DNA of 64,000 nucleotides from Ruditapes philippinarum (Eukaryota): NCBI RefSeq assembly GCF_026571515.1, contig NW_026856503.1, positions 62,001 to 126,000 of the forward strand, read 5' to 3'. Shown piece by piece: positions 27,001 to 39,400 of this stretch (position 1 is its first letter; each line of letters starts with the position of its first letter). The notes under the pieces were generated by a model. It saw only the letters and a program-made list of their open reading frames with translations, ran no database searches and was not told where the DNA came from. The position numbers and the translations under genes were made by a program.

Positions 27001-30000
27001 AGTATAATTTATATATAAAATAAACAGGTTATCAAACATTGTACAGGTACAATACGGAATACATTTGGACACTTAAACAGCTTGAGGAATCATATAAGAC
27101 CCGTCTGGCGGTTCGACCATCTGTGTACTCGTTCAAATATATTCCCATATTGTACAATAAAATGTTAAATCACCGATAATTGTTATCAACACTCTAATGA
27201 ATTTTGTCCACTTCGTATATATTTTCTAAAATTATATGGCATTTCGTTTATAAGGTGTTACTATTGACGTCACGTGTACAACACCAGCAGCCTACAACGG
27301 TATACCGCTAAGCAGAGTGGTCGCTTCTCTCGGGTGTATAAGCTCGGTAAGAAGTTTTATTATACTCACTTAAAACCTAGTCCACTTTTCAGAAATTGTA
27401 TGCGTTAAGAGTTTCTCTTTATTCTAAAACAACACAAACGTTGCGTCACTTTTGGTGTGACAAACGGAAGGTCTTGATTGCATAAATGATAAAACTACGA
27501 AGAATCGCAGAAATTATCTTAACGCACTTGATAATTCGCTATTATATTCAAAGAAAACAAAATATATAACAAGCTGACACTATAATAGGACTGCAAGTTG
27601 GCAGAAAAAAAACATGATCTGTCGAATACATTTTACCGAGTTACTCAAACGAAAAATCTGGTTATTAATTAAATGGGTGTATGTTTGGCGCCAGACATTC
27701 AATACACTTTCTTTCATGGGCAACTCCTTCTACATTTCTCAAATGATATCAAACAAACTTTCAAAGAATTGATGATTGTCATCAAGTACCCTGGCGCATA
27801 CTATCGGGATATTGTGATTTGATCTTTTTTTTGGACAGAATTAGTGCGCTTTATGGTTATTTCCTTCACATATCAAATGTAATTTTAGTGATAGAACTTG
27901 AGACAATTCCCTGTTTCTTGATTGTGATCACAGTAAATGTTAAACCAACTGATTATTACAGTAAATATTAAACCAGTTTGGCGCTTCTGACAGTTGAACT
28001 CCAACTTCACATTTATTCAATCTATATGCAGAATATTCAAAGTGAACTTTTTGTTATATGATATATTTCAACAGTCTATCGTTCATATATTTAGCATGGT
28101 AAGGTAGAAAATCTTCTTGTTTCATATAACGATAAAAAGGTATATCTCCAAATTAGAATACGTAAAACTTACAAAATCATACTCACCTAAAACCTAGTCA
28201 TCTTTTTATATGAAAATTGTTTATGTTAAGAGTTTCTCTTTATTTTAAAGGAACACACACGTTGCGTCACATTTGTTTGTCGCATTTCATGTGACAAACG
28301 GAAAGTCTTGATTGCATAAATTATAAAACTACAATGAATCGCAGAAATTATCTTAACGCACTCGATAATTTGCTATTATACTCAAAGGAAACAAAATATA
28401 GCTAAAAGCTGACACTATAATAGGACTGCAAGTTGGCAGAAAAAAGACGAAAAAAAATCAAACAAAACATGATCTGCCGAGGTACTCAAACGAAAAATCT
28501 GGTTATTAATTAGATTGGTATATGTTTGGCTGGTATACATTCAATTTTCTTAGTGTAAATATTTTCTTTCATGGGCAACTCCTTCTACACTTCTCAAATG
28601 ATATCAAACAAACTTTCAAAGAATTTATGACAGTCATCAAGTGCAATGGCGCATATTATCGGGATATTGTGATTTGATCTTTTTTGGGGCGCTTTTACAT
28701 ATTAAATATAATTTAAGCGAGAAAACTTATTTGCATCAATTCCATGTCTCTTGATTGTAATTACAGTAATTGTTAAACCAACCGATCATGACAATAGATA
28801 TTACACTAGTAAAACACGATTGGCGCTTCTGATAGTTGAACGCCAACTTAATTTTTGTTCAGATTCGTCAATGTGAGTATTTTTATTATATATTTCAACA
28901 GTCTATCGTCATATTATGATGTATCCATTTATACATTTAGCATTGTAAGACAGACAATCTTCTTGCATTATATAACGATAAGGTATCTCTCCAAATAAGA
29001 ATACATGTTTGCAAAATGATAATAAACTATGTAAATTATGTATTATTGTAGTCATATCTGTTGTAGATATCATCATCTAATGCGTCAGGGTCAACTTCCG
29101 ATTCCAGTTCTTCCGGTTCAAGTTCAAGTTCAGGTTTGTATTTAGTACTCAATTCAATAAGTATGACATAATTTATACCGATATTCTTTGTAAAAACGGT
29201 CCAAAGTATTAAATGATAATTTAAAATTTCACGGTTATAAGGAAGTGTTTTACAGTATAACCATCCCAAAGCATTCATATTCATAATTTTCTCCATGTTT
29301 TTGTATGGGCTGTCAAAATATCTTTAAAGAAAAAAAAACTCCCCCATGCATCGTTGACAAGTGTAAATTGAATACATTCTATTGAACATTGCATTGAAAT
29401 GGTTTAAAGAAAAGTTTAGTATACAAATATTAATAATGATATTTTCGGCAATTTATCAAAATTGCTGATAAAAGGAAGTTTAGTAAACGTTTAAATCGCG
29501 TTTGTTAATTAATCTTATCAGTATAATCGTTTGAAAAGTACAATGTTATGATTATTTTTTTTTAATGAATAATGAATTTAATGAATGAATGAATGAATGA
29601 ATGAATGAATGAATGAATGAATGAATGAATGAATACACAATTTCATATTAAAGTTGCACGTCTCCGGGTGAGTAGAAATATTTCAAGAAAATCAAATTTG
29701 AGAAAAATGTACCAAGATTTTAAGAAAAGTAAAACGATTCAAGATTCAAAAAAGATATACATCTAATGTATGATTTTGCAGTATTTATCACCTTATATGA
29801 TCTTCGTGACTAACGCTATTTTGCTTATTTTGACCTCTTTTTGGTAATTTATTTGGCTTGTAAATGCCATTAGCAATGTATATATTATTTTCTTTGTTCA
29901 CTTCACAATACTTAATTAAATACATTTTCAAAATTTTAATTAAATAAAGCATTTATCTTGAGGCATGCTGCATTAAGCGCCAAATAGTTCGACCTTATCA

Positions 30001-31460
30001 TTTAACATTTTACGTATACAATATTATTTTCACGTTTTCTGTCGTCTACATTTGTGTATCCAGTATACAGAATAGTTATTCAGCATTTAATAGCATTTCG
30101 CTGTTTCTATTTACTAGTAACAAAAATGAATCCTTAATTTATCTTTGCAGATGGTACTGACACTCTGACATATGTTGCCCTGGGCGTCGCCGGGTTCGCA
30201 GTACTTCTTGCATTTGCTCTGTCTGTCGCACTATGCTGTGTTTATAAAAAACTTAGGAACGGACGGCCAAGATTACGCGACAAATCATCTCGATTAACTT
30301 CAATATCAACGGTAAGTTTTATATGTCGCTTCTTCATCTTTAAACCAATTTAATTAATACCTACACAAGTAGCTAACTTTCTTATATGGGGTATTAATTA
30401 TTTACTATTGGAACAATTTCTAATAAAATGGTTCTTATTGTATTAATGCATGCTCGTTGCATATATATTATTTTGACTTAATATGCGTTTTTGTTTCATG
30501 TAACCACAAGATGACCGAAGTCGCCGTCTATTGTGGCCGTTTTATGGTTATCAGAATGATGCTTCCATTTACTATATTCACGCCTATGAATTATATTTAA
30601 ACTGTTGTTTGGGCCAATAATTTATTTAAAGCTGTTGAATGATAGATTTGATATAACTGTATAGAATAATTTGAGCCGCGTCACGACAAAACCAATATAG
30701 TGCGTTTGCGACCAGCATGGATCCAGACCAGCCTGCGCATCCGCAGTCTGATCAGGATCCATGCTGTTCGCTATCAGTTTCTCTACTTGTAAAAGAGTTG
30801 GTTAGCGAACAGTTTGGACCCTGATCAGACTGCGCGAATGCTGGTCTGTACCCATGCTGGTCGCAAACGCACTATGTTGGTTTTGTCGTGACGCGGCTCA
30901 TTTTTTTTATATTTTACTATTCTGTTACCTCTGTATTGCTAGTATATATTTAGTTAAAGATTTTGATTGTTCATTAAGATTGTCAGATAATGGAAAGTCC
31001 CTCTATAGCACCGACAGCAAATTAAAAAAAAATTAGAAAATTGCAGACTCTGTCTGTACATGAGAGATATGAAAATTCAACAACTTTCACAGCCCTTAGC
31101 ATCAGCTAAAATAACAGAGATCACATTCAAAACCAAATTAATTGAGCCCAATGATCCTGATAGACTATAATAATGCAACATCCTTGTATTGAGGTGCAGA
31201 ACAACTTTTACAGGTCCGAACAGCACTTGACACCTGTTGTTATGGGTATAAAAATTGAATTTTGTTAATTGTTTGGAAATGTTATTTGCCTAATATAGAC
31301 ACAACTTTGATTACAGATTGGAGAACGACCACCTTCTTATAGAAGTCATGAATCTGAGCGCATGTTTGTAAACTCACCCGTACAATCACCAAGAGAATCC
31401 AAAGTATACCCGTTCTATGACGTGAACTATAAAAAGCCAAGAGTTACATCAGACGCCTAG
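24064..31460 (+). CDS. Single-pass LRR membrane protein, 7 exons, ~416 aa: 24064-24285, 24594-24750, 25996-26403, 27255-27346, 29067-29133, 30151-30311, 31317-31460
   Basis: All introns GT-AG with consistent phases (0,1,1,0,1,0). Signal peptide, Cys N-cap, ~5-6 LRRs, LRRCT (NSWDCTCDLAWL...VTCTTP...C), Ser/Gly stalk, TM (YVALGVAGFAVLLAFALSVALCCV), tail with RPPSY and no TIR. Confidence 0.85.
24810..25570 (+). repeat. Intronic minisatellite, ~60-bp subunits in ~125-bp higher-order repeat
   Basis: GTACGTTGAATATTGCTAGAATTTATTCCATTGC recurs at ~24992, 25117, 25242, 25367. Confidence 0.85.
27364..29010 (+). repeat. ~820-bp tandem duplication inside LRR-gene intron 4
   Basis: TACTCAC.TAAAACCTAGTC at 27364 and 28180; colinear to CTCCAAAT.AGAATAC at the end of each copy. 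Confidence 0.85.
29580..29634 (+). repeat. (GAAT)n microsatellite
   Basis: Direct inspection. Confidence 0.95.
30673..30899. mobile_element. GAGCC-MITE, ATTT TSD
   Basis: Same family. Confidence 0.9.
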
Positions 31461-31733
31461 ATATTTCCAACCCTCAGATGATAATAAAGGGCACTACAGC
31501 GTTTAAAAAAGGGAATGTGTAACAAAAAATACAAAAATGATTTCGTGGTAAAAAAGCATCTTCAGATCGTCTGGGATTTGTGAAAAAAATCTATTTACAT
31601 TCTAAAAAGAACGCCAAATACTAGTACAAGTGTTGGTTAATAGCCGCCCGTCTATTATTTAGTAATAACCCCAAACTCAGTAGTAGAAAGGTTCGATATG
31701 ACTGATTTATCTTTATTTTATGTTAATACATAT

Positions 31734-31967
31734 AAGTACGTCACGACAAAACCAACATAATGGTTTTGCGACCAGCAAGGATCCAGACCAGCCTGCGCAT
31801 CCGCGCAGTCTGACCAGGATCCATGCTGTTCGCTTACAAACCCTATAATACGTAGAGAAACTAATAGCGAACAGCATGGATCCTGATCAGACTGCGCGGA
31901 CACGCAGGCTGGTCTGGATCCATGCAGGTCGCAAACCCATTACGTTGGTTTTGTCATGACGCGGCTC
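31734..31967. mobile_element. GAGCC-MITE, ATAT TSD (left end mutated)
   Basis: Same family. Confidence 0.85.
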
Positions 31968-32293
31968 ATATATTCCTTGATTTCCCTTTTGGAGTTGAAT
32001 TATCGTTAAAGTATCTCTTATTTTAACATCACATGATAAAATACATAGCCCGATATTACTATAAAATAAATGTGTTTTAACATATCTATTTAAAAAAGAA
32101 AGAAAAAAAGGGTAGTTTTAATGTTTTATCCTAAACATTTTTCATTATAAGTTATTGGTCAGTCACTAATATCACTAATAGTCAATCTCTTGAACTATAT
32201 TACTAACTCACCGACAGAATGAGCATCATGTCACTTTAAGTTAATTCTATAGTGATGAAACCGTAGTGTCTTGGTTCATCAATTTAAATAAAT

Positions 32294-32480
32294 GAGCCAC
32301 GTCACGACAAAACCAACATAGTGCGTTTGCGACCAGCACGGATCCAGATCAGCCTGCGCATCCGCGCAGTCTGATCAGGATCCATGCTGTTCGCTTACCA
32401 ACTCTATTACAAGTAGAGAAACTGACAGCGAACAGCATGGATCGCAAACGCATTATGTTGGTTTTGTCATGGCGCGGCTC
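32294..32480. mobile_element. GAGCC-MITE with internal deletion, AAAT TSD
   Basis: Same family. Confidence 0.9.
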
Positions 32481-33150
32481 AAATGCTTTTGCACTTCCCC
32501 GGTGCTTTTAGCTGTAATTTCATTAAAAGGAACTCGATCGCCTGTCATTTATAAAATAAGCTGAATGACTTTAAATTGAATGTTTGGTCTGTATCCAGCA
32601 AAATAATGTATGTTGTTTTTTTTCAACAAAATATTACAGAGAGACACATATTTTATCTTGCATTGAATTTCATGATAAATAAATCTAATTCAAAGTACAA
32701 ATTGCATTATCAATAAGTTCTTCATCTTATTTCTTATGCAAATTATTGCGTAATTATTCAGTATATTTATTTATTTTACTAACGTACTGAAAAGGACATT
32801 GTCAAAATCAATCAAACGTGTATTTCATCCCTTTCATAAGTTGCATTTATATTAAAATTTTTAAAGCATTTATCATGTTTTAACAAAACATTTAATATTT
32901 GCTAATATGAATGTGCATTTATCATTTGCATTGTGGTATGAAAATTATAGATATATCATATTTACTCTTTTTTTTACCCCACACACTAGCTAGTATTTTT
33001 TCATGTTCAGTTTGTATTCAGTTTGTAAATTATTGTGGCAACCTTTTTCTAGGACATACATCGGGCAGTAAAAATATTTCTGTTAATAAATGATTTTCTC
33101 ATTCTACACTTAAAAGCTCAGTTTTTATCTCTCTCAAATTCAAATTAATT

Positions 33151-33383
33151 GAGCCGCGTCACGACAAAAAAACCCAAAATTTGGGGCGTTTGCGACAGCA
33201 TGGGTCCCCGCGTCTGAACAGGGGTCCCCTCTGTTTGCTTTTTTAACCCTTTTTTTAAAGTTTGGAAACTGGATAGCGAACAAAATGGATCCTGAAACAA
33301 GACTGGGCCCGGGTTGCAAAAGGGTGGTTTTGGGTCCATGCTGGTCGCACACCCATTATGTTGGTTTTGTCGTGACGCGGCTC
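33151..33383. mobile_element. GAGCC-MITE, AATT TSD (interior distorted by homopolymer runs)
   Basis: Termini intact; interior shows expanded homopolymers relative to the other copies. Confidence 0.8.
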
Positions 33384-33488
33384 AATTCTATACCTGATTA
33401 TACTAGTATTTAAACAAAAGTAACACAATGTTAAATTATATCATATTTTTGCATAACACACTTTCACATAACACTTTGCTTAACATTT

Positions 33489-36400
33489 TCACATGAGCCG
33501 AATTAGAATTAAGAAATCTTCCATGGCTTGTAGCATGGCTCTTCCCGAATCATTCAGTACGCCCACTTCATTATCTAACATTGTAAGACCTTCTACAGAT
33601 GCTCTCAATGGTTCAGCAAGTTTAACTGCTTTCTCCCAGTTACCAGCTCGTGCATGGAAAAGAACAAGTCCTAAAATAAAAAATACATTTACATCATTTG
33701 GATAGTGGAAACTAGAAAAAGCATTTCACTATATCTAATCGAAATATAAAAAATACAACAAAATGTAAAACATTAGGCGGCAAAGATCTTCTTCGCCTTT
33801 TTGTTAAATTATGGAAAATCTTGCTGTAGACCTTAAAAATTAGATATTTTACGTTACATGTAACTGCAAAATAAAATCTAAAAAAATAAAATATGTGTTT
33901 GTCGTGATTTATTCTTTCCTTTATAAGCAAATTCGTGTGCAATATTGTTTGATATTTTGAATTATTCTATTCATAGTCAATTAAAATTATATATTTGAAA
34001 AAAATAGATACACTTGACTGATATTTGTCCACATGAAATGCTTATCTATTCAATAAAATCATCATAATATAAAAGAAATTTTATCAGTTTAACAAATACC
34101 ACTGTATTAAGTAACGCTACTATAAAATGTTAATCAGAACGTTTCTTGGAAAACAAGCACTGCTCGTATTACATTTACATGCCACTTGCTATATATTTTC
34201 AAGGTAATATAATTAAACACTAACCTGTCGAAACATAAGAAGCATGAAAGGTTTTGTCAAAATCTCGAAGTTCATGTCGTATTGGTGAATATACCTTTGC
34301 CATGGAGAGCAATCTGTAGTCAGTAAATGTTCCATGTACAAGGTCGGCAAGGAATAAAGATGTATGTATAAATTCATGGACAATTTGTTCGGCATAATGC
34401 GCCACTGTCTGTTCCTTATATGATTTAGGATCTTGCCAAATAAGCCCGAGAGCTGAACTGACACTCCCGCCTGCATAACCCGGATGCTCTGCCTTGTAAA
34501 ACGCTATGCCCGCTACAACTTGGTTAATCACTTTGTGCAATTCTGGCATTGTGTCATTTATCAGTGACATCGCTGCTTCAATCTTTTCCAGTATATAAGC
34601 TTGTTCTTCTAATGTATACACATGAAGTCCCGCATCTACATATTCTTTGCTCATTTCTTGAAGACCAGAACGATTTAATGCATCGATCACAAGGGAATCA
34701 TTGAAACTGTATACCATCTTATTGCGCTGAACAGGAATTTTTAGAGTTTGGAACTTTTCAAGAATTTCATAAAACATAAGCTTCTGTTTTTCTGGTGTTG
34801 CGACCAATCCGGAGAAACCAAGAAGACCAAGTTTTTGATTCATGAAACCAATGTCATAAGAAAAAGGCCAAAACAGTTTTTCAAAGACATTGGATTTTGA
34901 AATTTCACGTATTACTGCTTCTTTACCTAAAGCTGGATATTTTAGTTTAAAGTATTGTCGAGTTAAATCATCATGCCCAAAAATAGAGATAGTCTGTTTC
35001 CATTTACTGAAATACATGTTTTCTTCTAAAGGTGCCTCCTTGACGAATGTATCAGCCATTTTAAACCACTGATTTGTATTACTGTTTTTGAATTCTTTAT
35101 TTAAAATCTGTATCTCCTTATTAGTCCCGTTTGTCAGTTCCTTGTTCACCGTGATAAAAGCAGAAACATTGCTCTCAGCGCAAATCATTATATGTGTTGG
35201 GTTTTTATCATCAATCTCTGCATTGTAAATCATTCCTTCTGGTGACCTTTTTGTTACCATTGACAAAGGTTCATATTTATCTGTTTCTAAAATCTCGCTA
35301 AACAGCAGTTTTGATGGCTCTTGATGTTTGACATTGTACACCATCACCTCTGGTGTTCTTTTTGTAACCATTGGCATGGGCCCATGTCTATTTTCATAAA
35401 GAATGTCGTTATATAGCATTGCAGATGGCTGCGGATCTTTGACATTGTACATCATCAATTCTGGTGTTCTTTTTGTTACCATTGACAAAGGTTCATGTCT
35501 ATTTGTATCAAATATGTCGTTGAACTGCATTGTCGAGACCTGCTGATCTTTTGCATTGTACATCATTCTTTCTGGTGATCTTTTTGTTACCATTGACAAA
35601 GGTTCATGTCTATTTGTATCAAATATGTCGTTAAACTGCATTGTAGATGGATGCTGATCGTTTGCATTGTATATCATTCCTTCTAGTGATCTTTTTGTTA
35701 CCATTGACAAAGGCTCATGTCTATTTGTATCAAATTTGTCGTTAAACAGCATTGCCGATAGCTGCGGATCTTTGACATTGTACATCATCACTTCTGGTGA
35801 TCTCTTTGTTACCATTGACAAAGGTTCATGTCTATTTGTATCAAGTATGTCGTTAAACTGCATTGTCGATGTCTGCTCATCTTTTGCATTGTACATCATC
35901 ACTTCTGGTGATCTTTTTGTTACCATTGACAAAGGTTCATGTCTATTTGTATCTGGTGTTACTGTAAACATTGACAAAGGTTCATGTCTATTTGTATCAA
36001 ATATGTCGTTTAACTGCATTTCCGATGGCTGCTGATCTTTTGCATTGTACATCATTCCTTCTGGTGATCTTTTTGTTACCATTGACAAAGGTTCATGTCT
36101 ATTTGTATCAAATATGTCGTTTAACTGCATTTCCGATGGCTGCTGATCTTTTGCATTGTACATCATTCCTTCTGGTGATCTTTTTGTTACCATTGACAAA
36201 GGTTCATGTCTATTTGTATCAAATATGTCGCTAAACAACATTGTCGATGACTGAGGATCTTTTGCATTGTACATCGTCACTTCTGGAGATCTTTTTGTTC
36301 CCATTGACAATGGTTCATGTCTATTTGTATCAAATATGTCGCTAAACAACATTGTCGATGACTGAGGATCTTTTGCATTGTACATCGTCACTTCTGGTGA

Positions 36401-39400
36401 TCTTTTTGTTCCCATTGACAATGGTTCATGTATATTTGTATCAAATATGTCGCTAAAACAACATTGTCGATGACTGAGGATCTTTTGCATTGTACATCGT
36501 CACTTTCTGGTGATCTTTTTGTTCCCATTGACAAAGGTTCATGTCTATTTGTATCAAATATGTCGCTAAAACAACAATGTCGATGACTGAGGATCTTTTG
36601 CATTGTACACATCATTCCTTCTAGTGATCTTTTTGTTACCATTGACAAAGGTTCATGTCTATTTGTATCAAATTTGTCGTTAAACAGCATTGACGATAGC
36701 TGCGGATCTTTTGCATTGTACATCATCACTTCTGGTGATCTTTTTGTTACCATTGACAAAGGTTCATGTCTATTTGTATCAAATATGTCGCTAAACAACA
36801 TTGTCGATGACTGAGGATCTTTTGCATTGTACATCGTCACTTCTGGTGATCTTTTTGTTCCCATTGACAAAGGTTCATGTCTATTTGTATCAAATATGTC
36901 GTTAAACTGCATTGTCGATGGCTGAGGATCTTTGTCATTGTACATCATCACTTCTGGTGATCTTTTTGTTACCATTGACAAAGGTTCATGTCTATTTGTA
37001 TCAAATATGTCGTTAAACTGCATTGCCGATGACTGAGGATCTTTTGCATTGTACATCATCACTTCTGGTGATCTTTTTGTTCCCATTGACAAAGGTTCAT
37101 GTCTATTTGTATCAAATATGTCGCTAAACAGCATTGTCGATGACTGAGGATCTTTTGCATTGTACATCATCTTTTCTGCTGATCGTTTTGTGACCATTGC
37201 TAAGGGTTGATTATTTTTCTTATCGAAGGTATTTTCTGTCGTAGAAGTATCGATGCTTAACTGATTGCTAAAAACCATTGATAATTTCTGCAGATCTTTT
37301 TCTGTTTGACTTTTGACATTAATTCTATTATTTGGTTCATATTGCTTTGTTTTTAGATACTCAGTAAATTCTTTGTCCTTTCTCTCCTCTATCTGTCTTA
37401 ACGTAATATAATTATCTCGTACATTCCACCGGAAATTGCTTTGTTTATACTTGTGAACATTATGTACCAATTGCCGTTCCAACGGAACTGCTAACATGGC
37501 CAGAGCATCTGAAATATTCAGGTACAATATATATATACTTTATACTTTAAGATAAATTATGTATTTATGTTTTGTTGTAAACAATTGACAATCATATTCA
37601 CTCCAATATATATTACAATAACCTAGTACCCTGTGTGTGTGTGTGTGTGTGTGTATGTGTGTGCGTGCGTGTGCGTGCGTGCGTGTGCATGCGTGCGTGT
37701 GTGCAACAATATAATATGAAAATTGCAGACTCGGTTTGATTGAGTCTGTTCATAATGATAATGTAAAAGTGCAAAATCCCTCACGCCCCCTATCACCGGC
37801 TTAAGCAGTATTTATTCTTCAACACTAACATGCTAAAATCAAGAATTCCGAAGGACCAGAAAACACTGAGGCGAAGTACCTGGGATGATTTTACCGATGT
37901 CACACGTGGTGTAGTGAATCTGGAAAACGGGTAATCTCTTGGAAGCAATTAAAGCAACACTATAATAAGAAAATAATTGGACTCGGTTTAATTGAGCCTG
38001 TAAATGAGAAATAATGTAAAAGTGCAACATTTCTCATGCCCCTAGTACTGGCTTAAGCGGTATTCAATCTTTGACACTAACATGTTGTAATCACATTCAT
38101 AAGTTCTACATGACACGCCACTTTGAGATAAAAAAGTCAAAGTTGAATGTCATTGTGACCTGTAAAAAACATAAGATCAAAGTTCATAAACCTAGGAATA
38201 TCAATATATGTACAAGAACCTTAGTTAGTCCTACTTGCGATAAGTAAAGTGGAGTGCGCTACTTTTCGGACAGCGTTTATAGATAAGGCTTGATAAAAAT
38301 AGATTAGGATTAGTACGAACGAACTAACGAACGATGGATGGATATAGAGATACATTAAGTTTGCTCTGCGCATCTATTCAATCATATTTGTCGCATTTGT
38401 TTGGCTTTGCATCGGTTATATACAGAGATAGATGTATTGTTACTGCAAGACGAGAATGATCCCCGCAGTGCCACTAAAAGCTGTTGCAATATTTTTACCC
38501 CACAACGTTATGTTCCTTAAAAAAAGAATTTTGAGACTCTATTTACAGACGCTCGTTGTTGATACACTCCTGCACATCGGTCGAATGTTCCACTATCGCT
38601 CACTGTCTGAAGTAACGTGAGTGTATTTAGTGAGCTGCGAAGGGAGCGTAGTTGATAGTTATAACATTCATGCTAGTGTACAGACAAGGAAAGAAGGAAA
38701 CCCATCCAATCCAGTACTTGAGTCTTATCAATTTTGCACCTCTGCTTAGATGGTGTCAAAGTAACGCACGATCGTTCATTTGAATAGAAACACATGCCGA
38801 CTGGTTGAGTTATAGGCTATAAAGCTATTTCAAGTAAACTGCTTAAATGGCATCACGACTGGACAAAAAACTAAACAGATAAAACCACGATTATTGCACC
38901 ATGTAAAATTGACATGAATTCGGGGTCGTTATCATAAAATCTGTAACAAATGATTATAAAGAAGAACAAAATAATTATAACAACGGTCTGATATGCATTT
39001 TTCCTTTGGGGGAGGGAGTTGTTGTGACATTACATATGCTAACGTTGTCATCATCATCATTACAATTACATTACAAGTATCATCAGATAAGCAAAACTAT
39101 CGATATGTATAACAGGTCTTATAATTCTTTCTTTTTTAATTTTAATAGGCAGGTAAAGAAATATCCCAGACATAAATGCACACATATAAAATAGTAACAA
39201 GCTTTAAAAACAATATATTTTTATGCTGCCTTCGATTTTATACTGCTCCTTTAACCAGAGACATAGATAACAGAGATAGGCAACTGCCTAGCCAGTTAAA
39301 ATATCACGCGTGCCTGCTAAACTTAAACCTTGTAGCAAGTAAAACTTATTAACCAGACATCAAAATCAGTAAAATAATACATTTTCTGAAAGCTTATGCA

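Noticed and set aside
35246-37188. Regular repeats resembling a CRISPR array (also 47803-49062 and 57840-61710)
   Set aside because: Eukaryotic context, no unique spacers and no cas genes; the first two are in-frame coding repeats and the third forms foldback arms.
34220-37527. ORF-track 756-aa and 379-aa proteins as a separate enzyme gene and precursor gene
   Set aside because: They are one exon split by four small insertions; the intact paralog B shows a single continuous frame.
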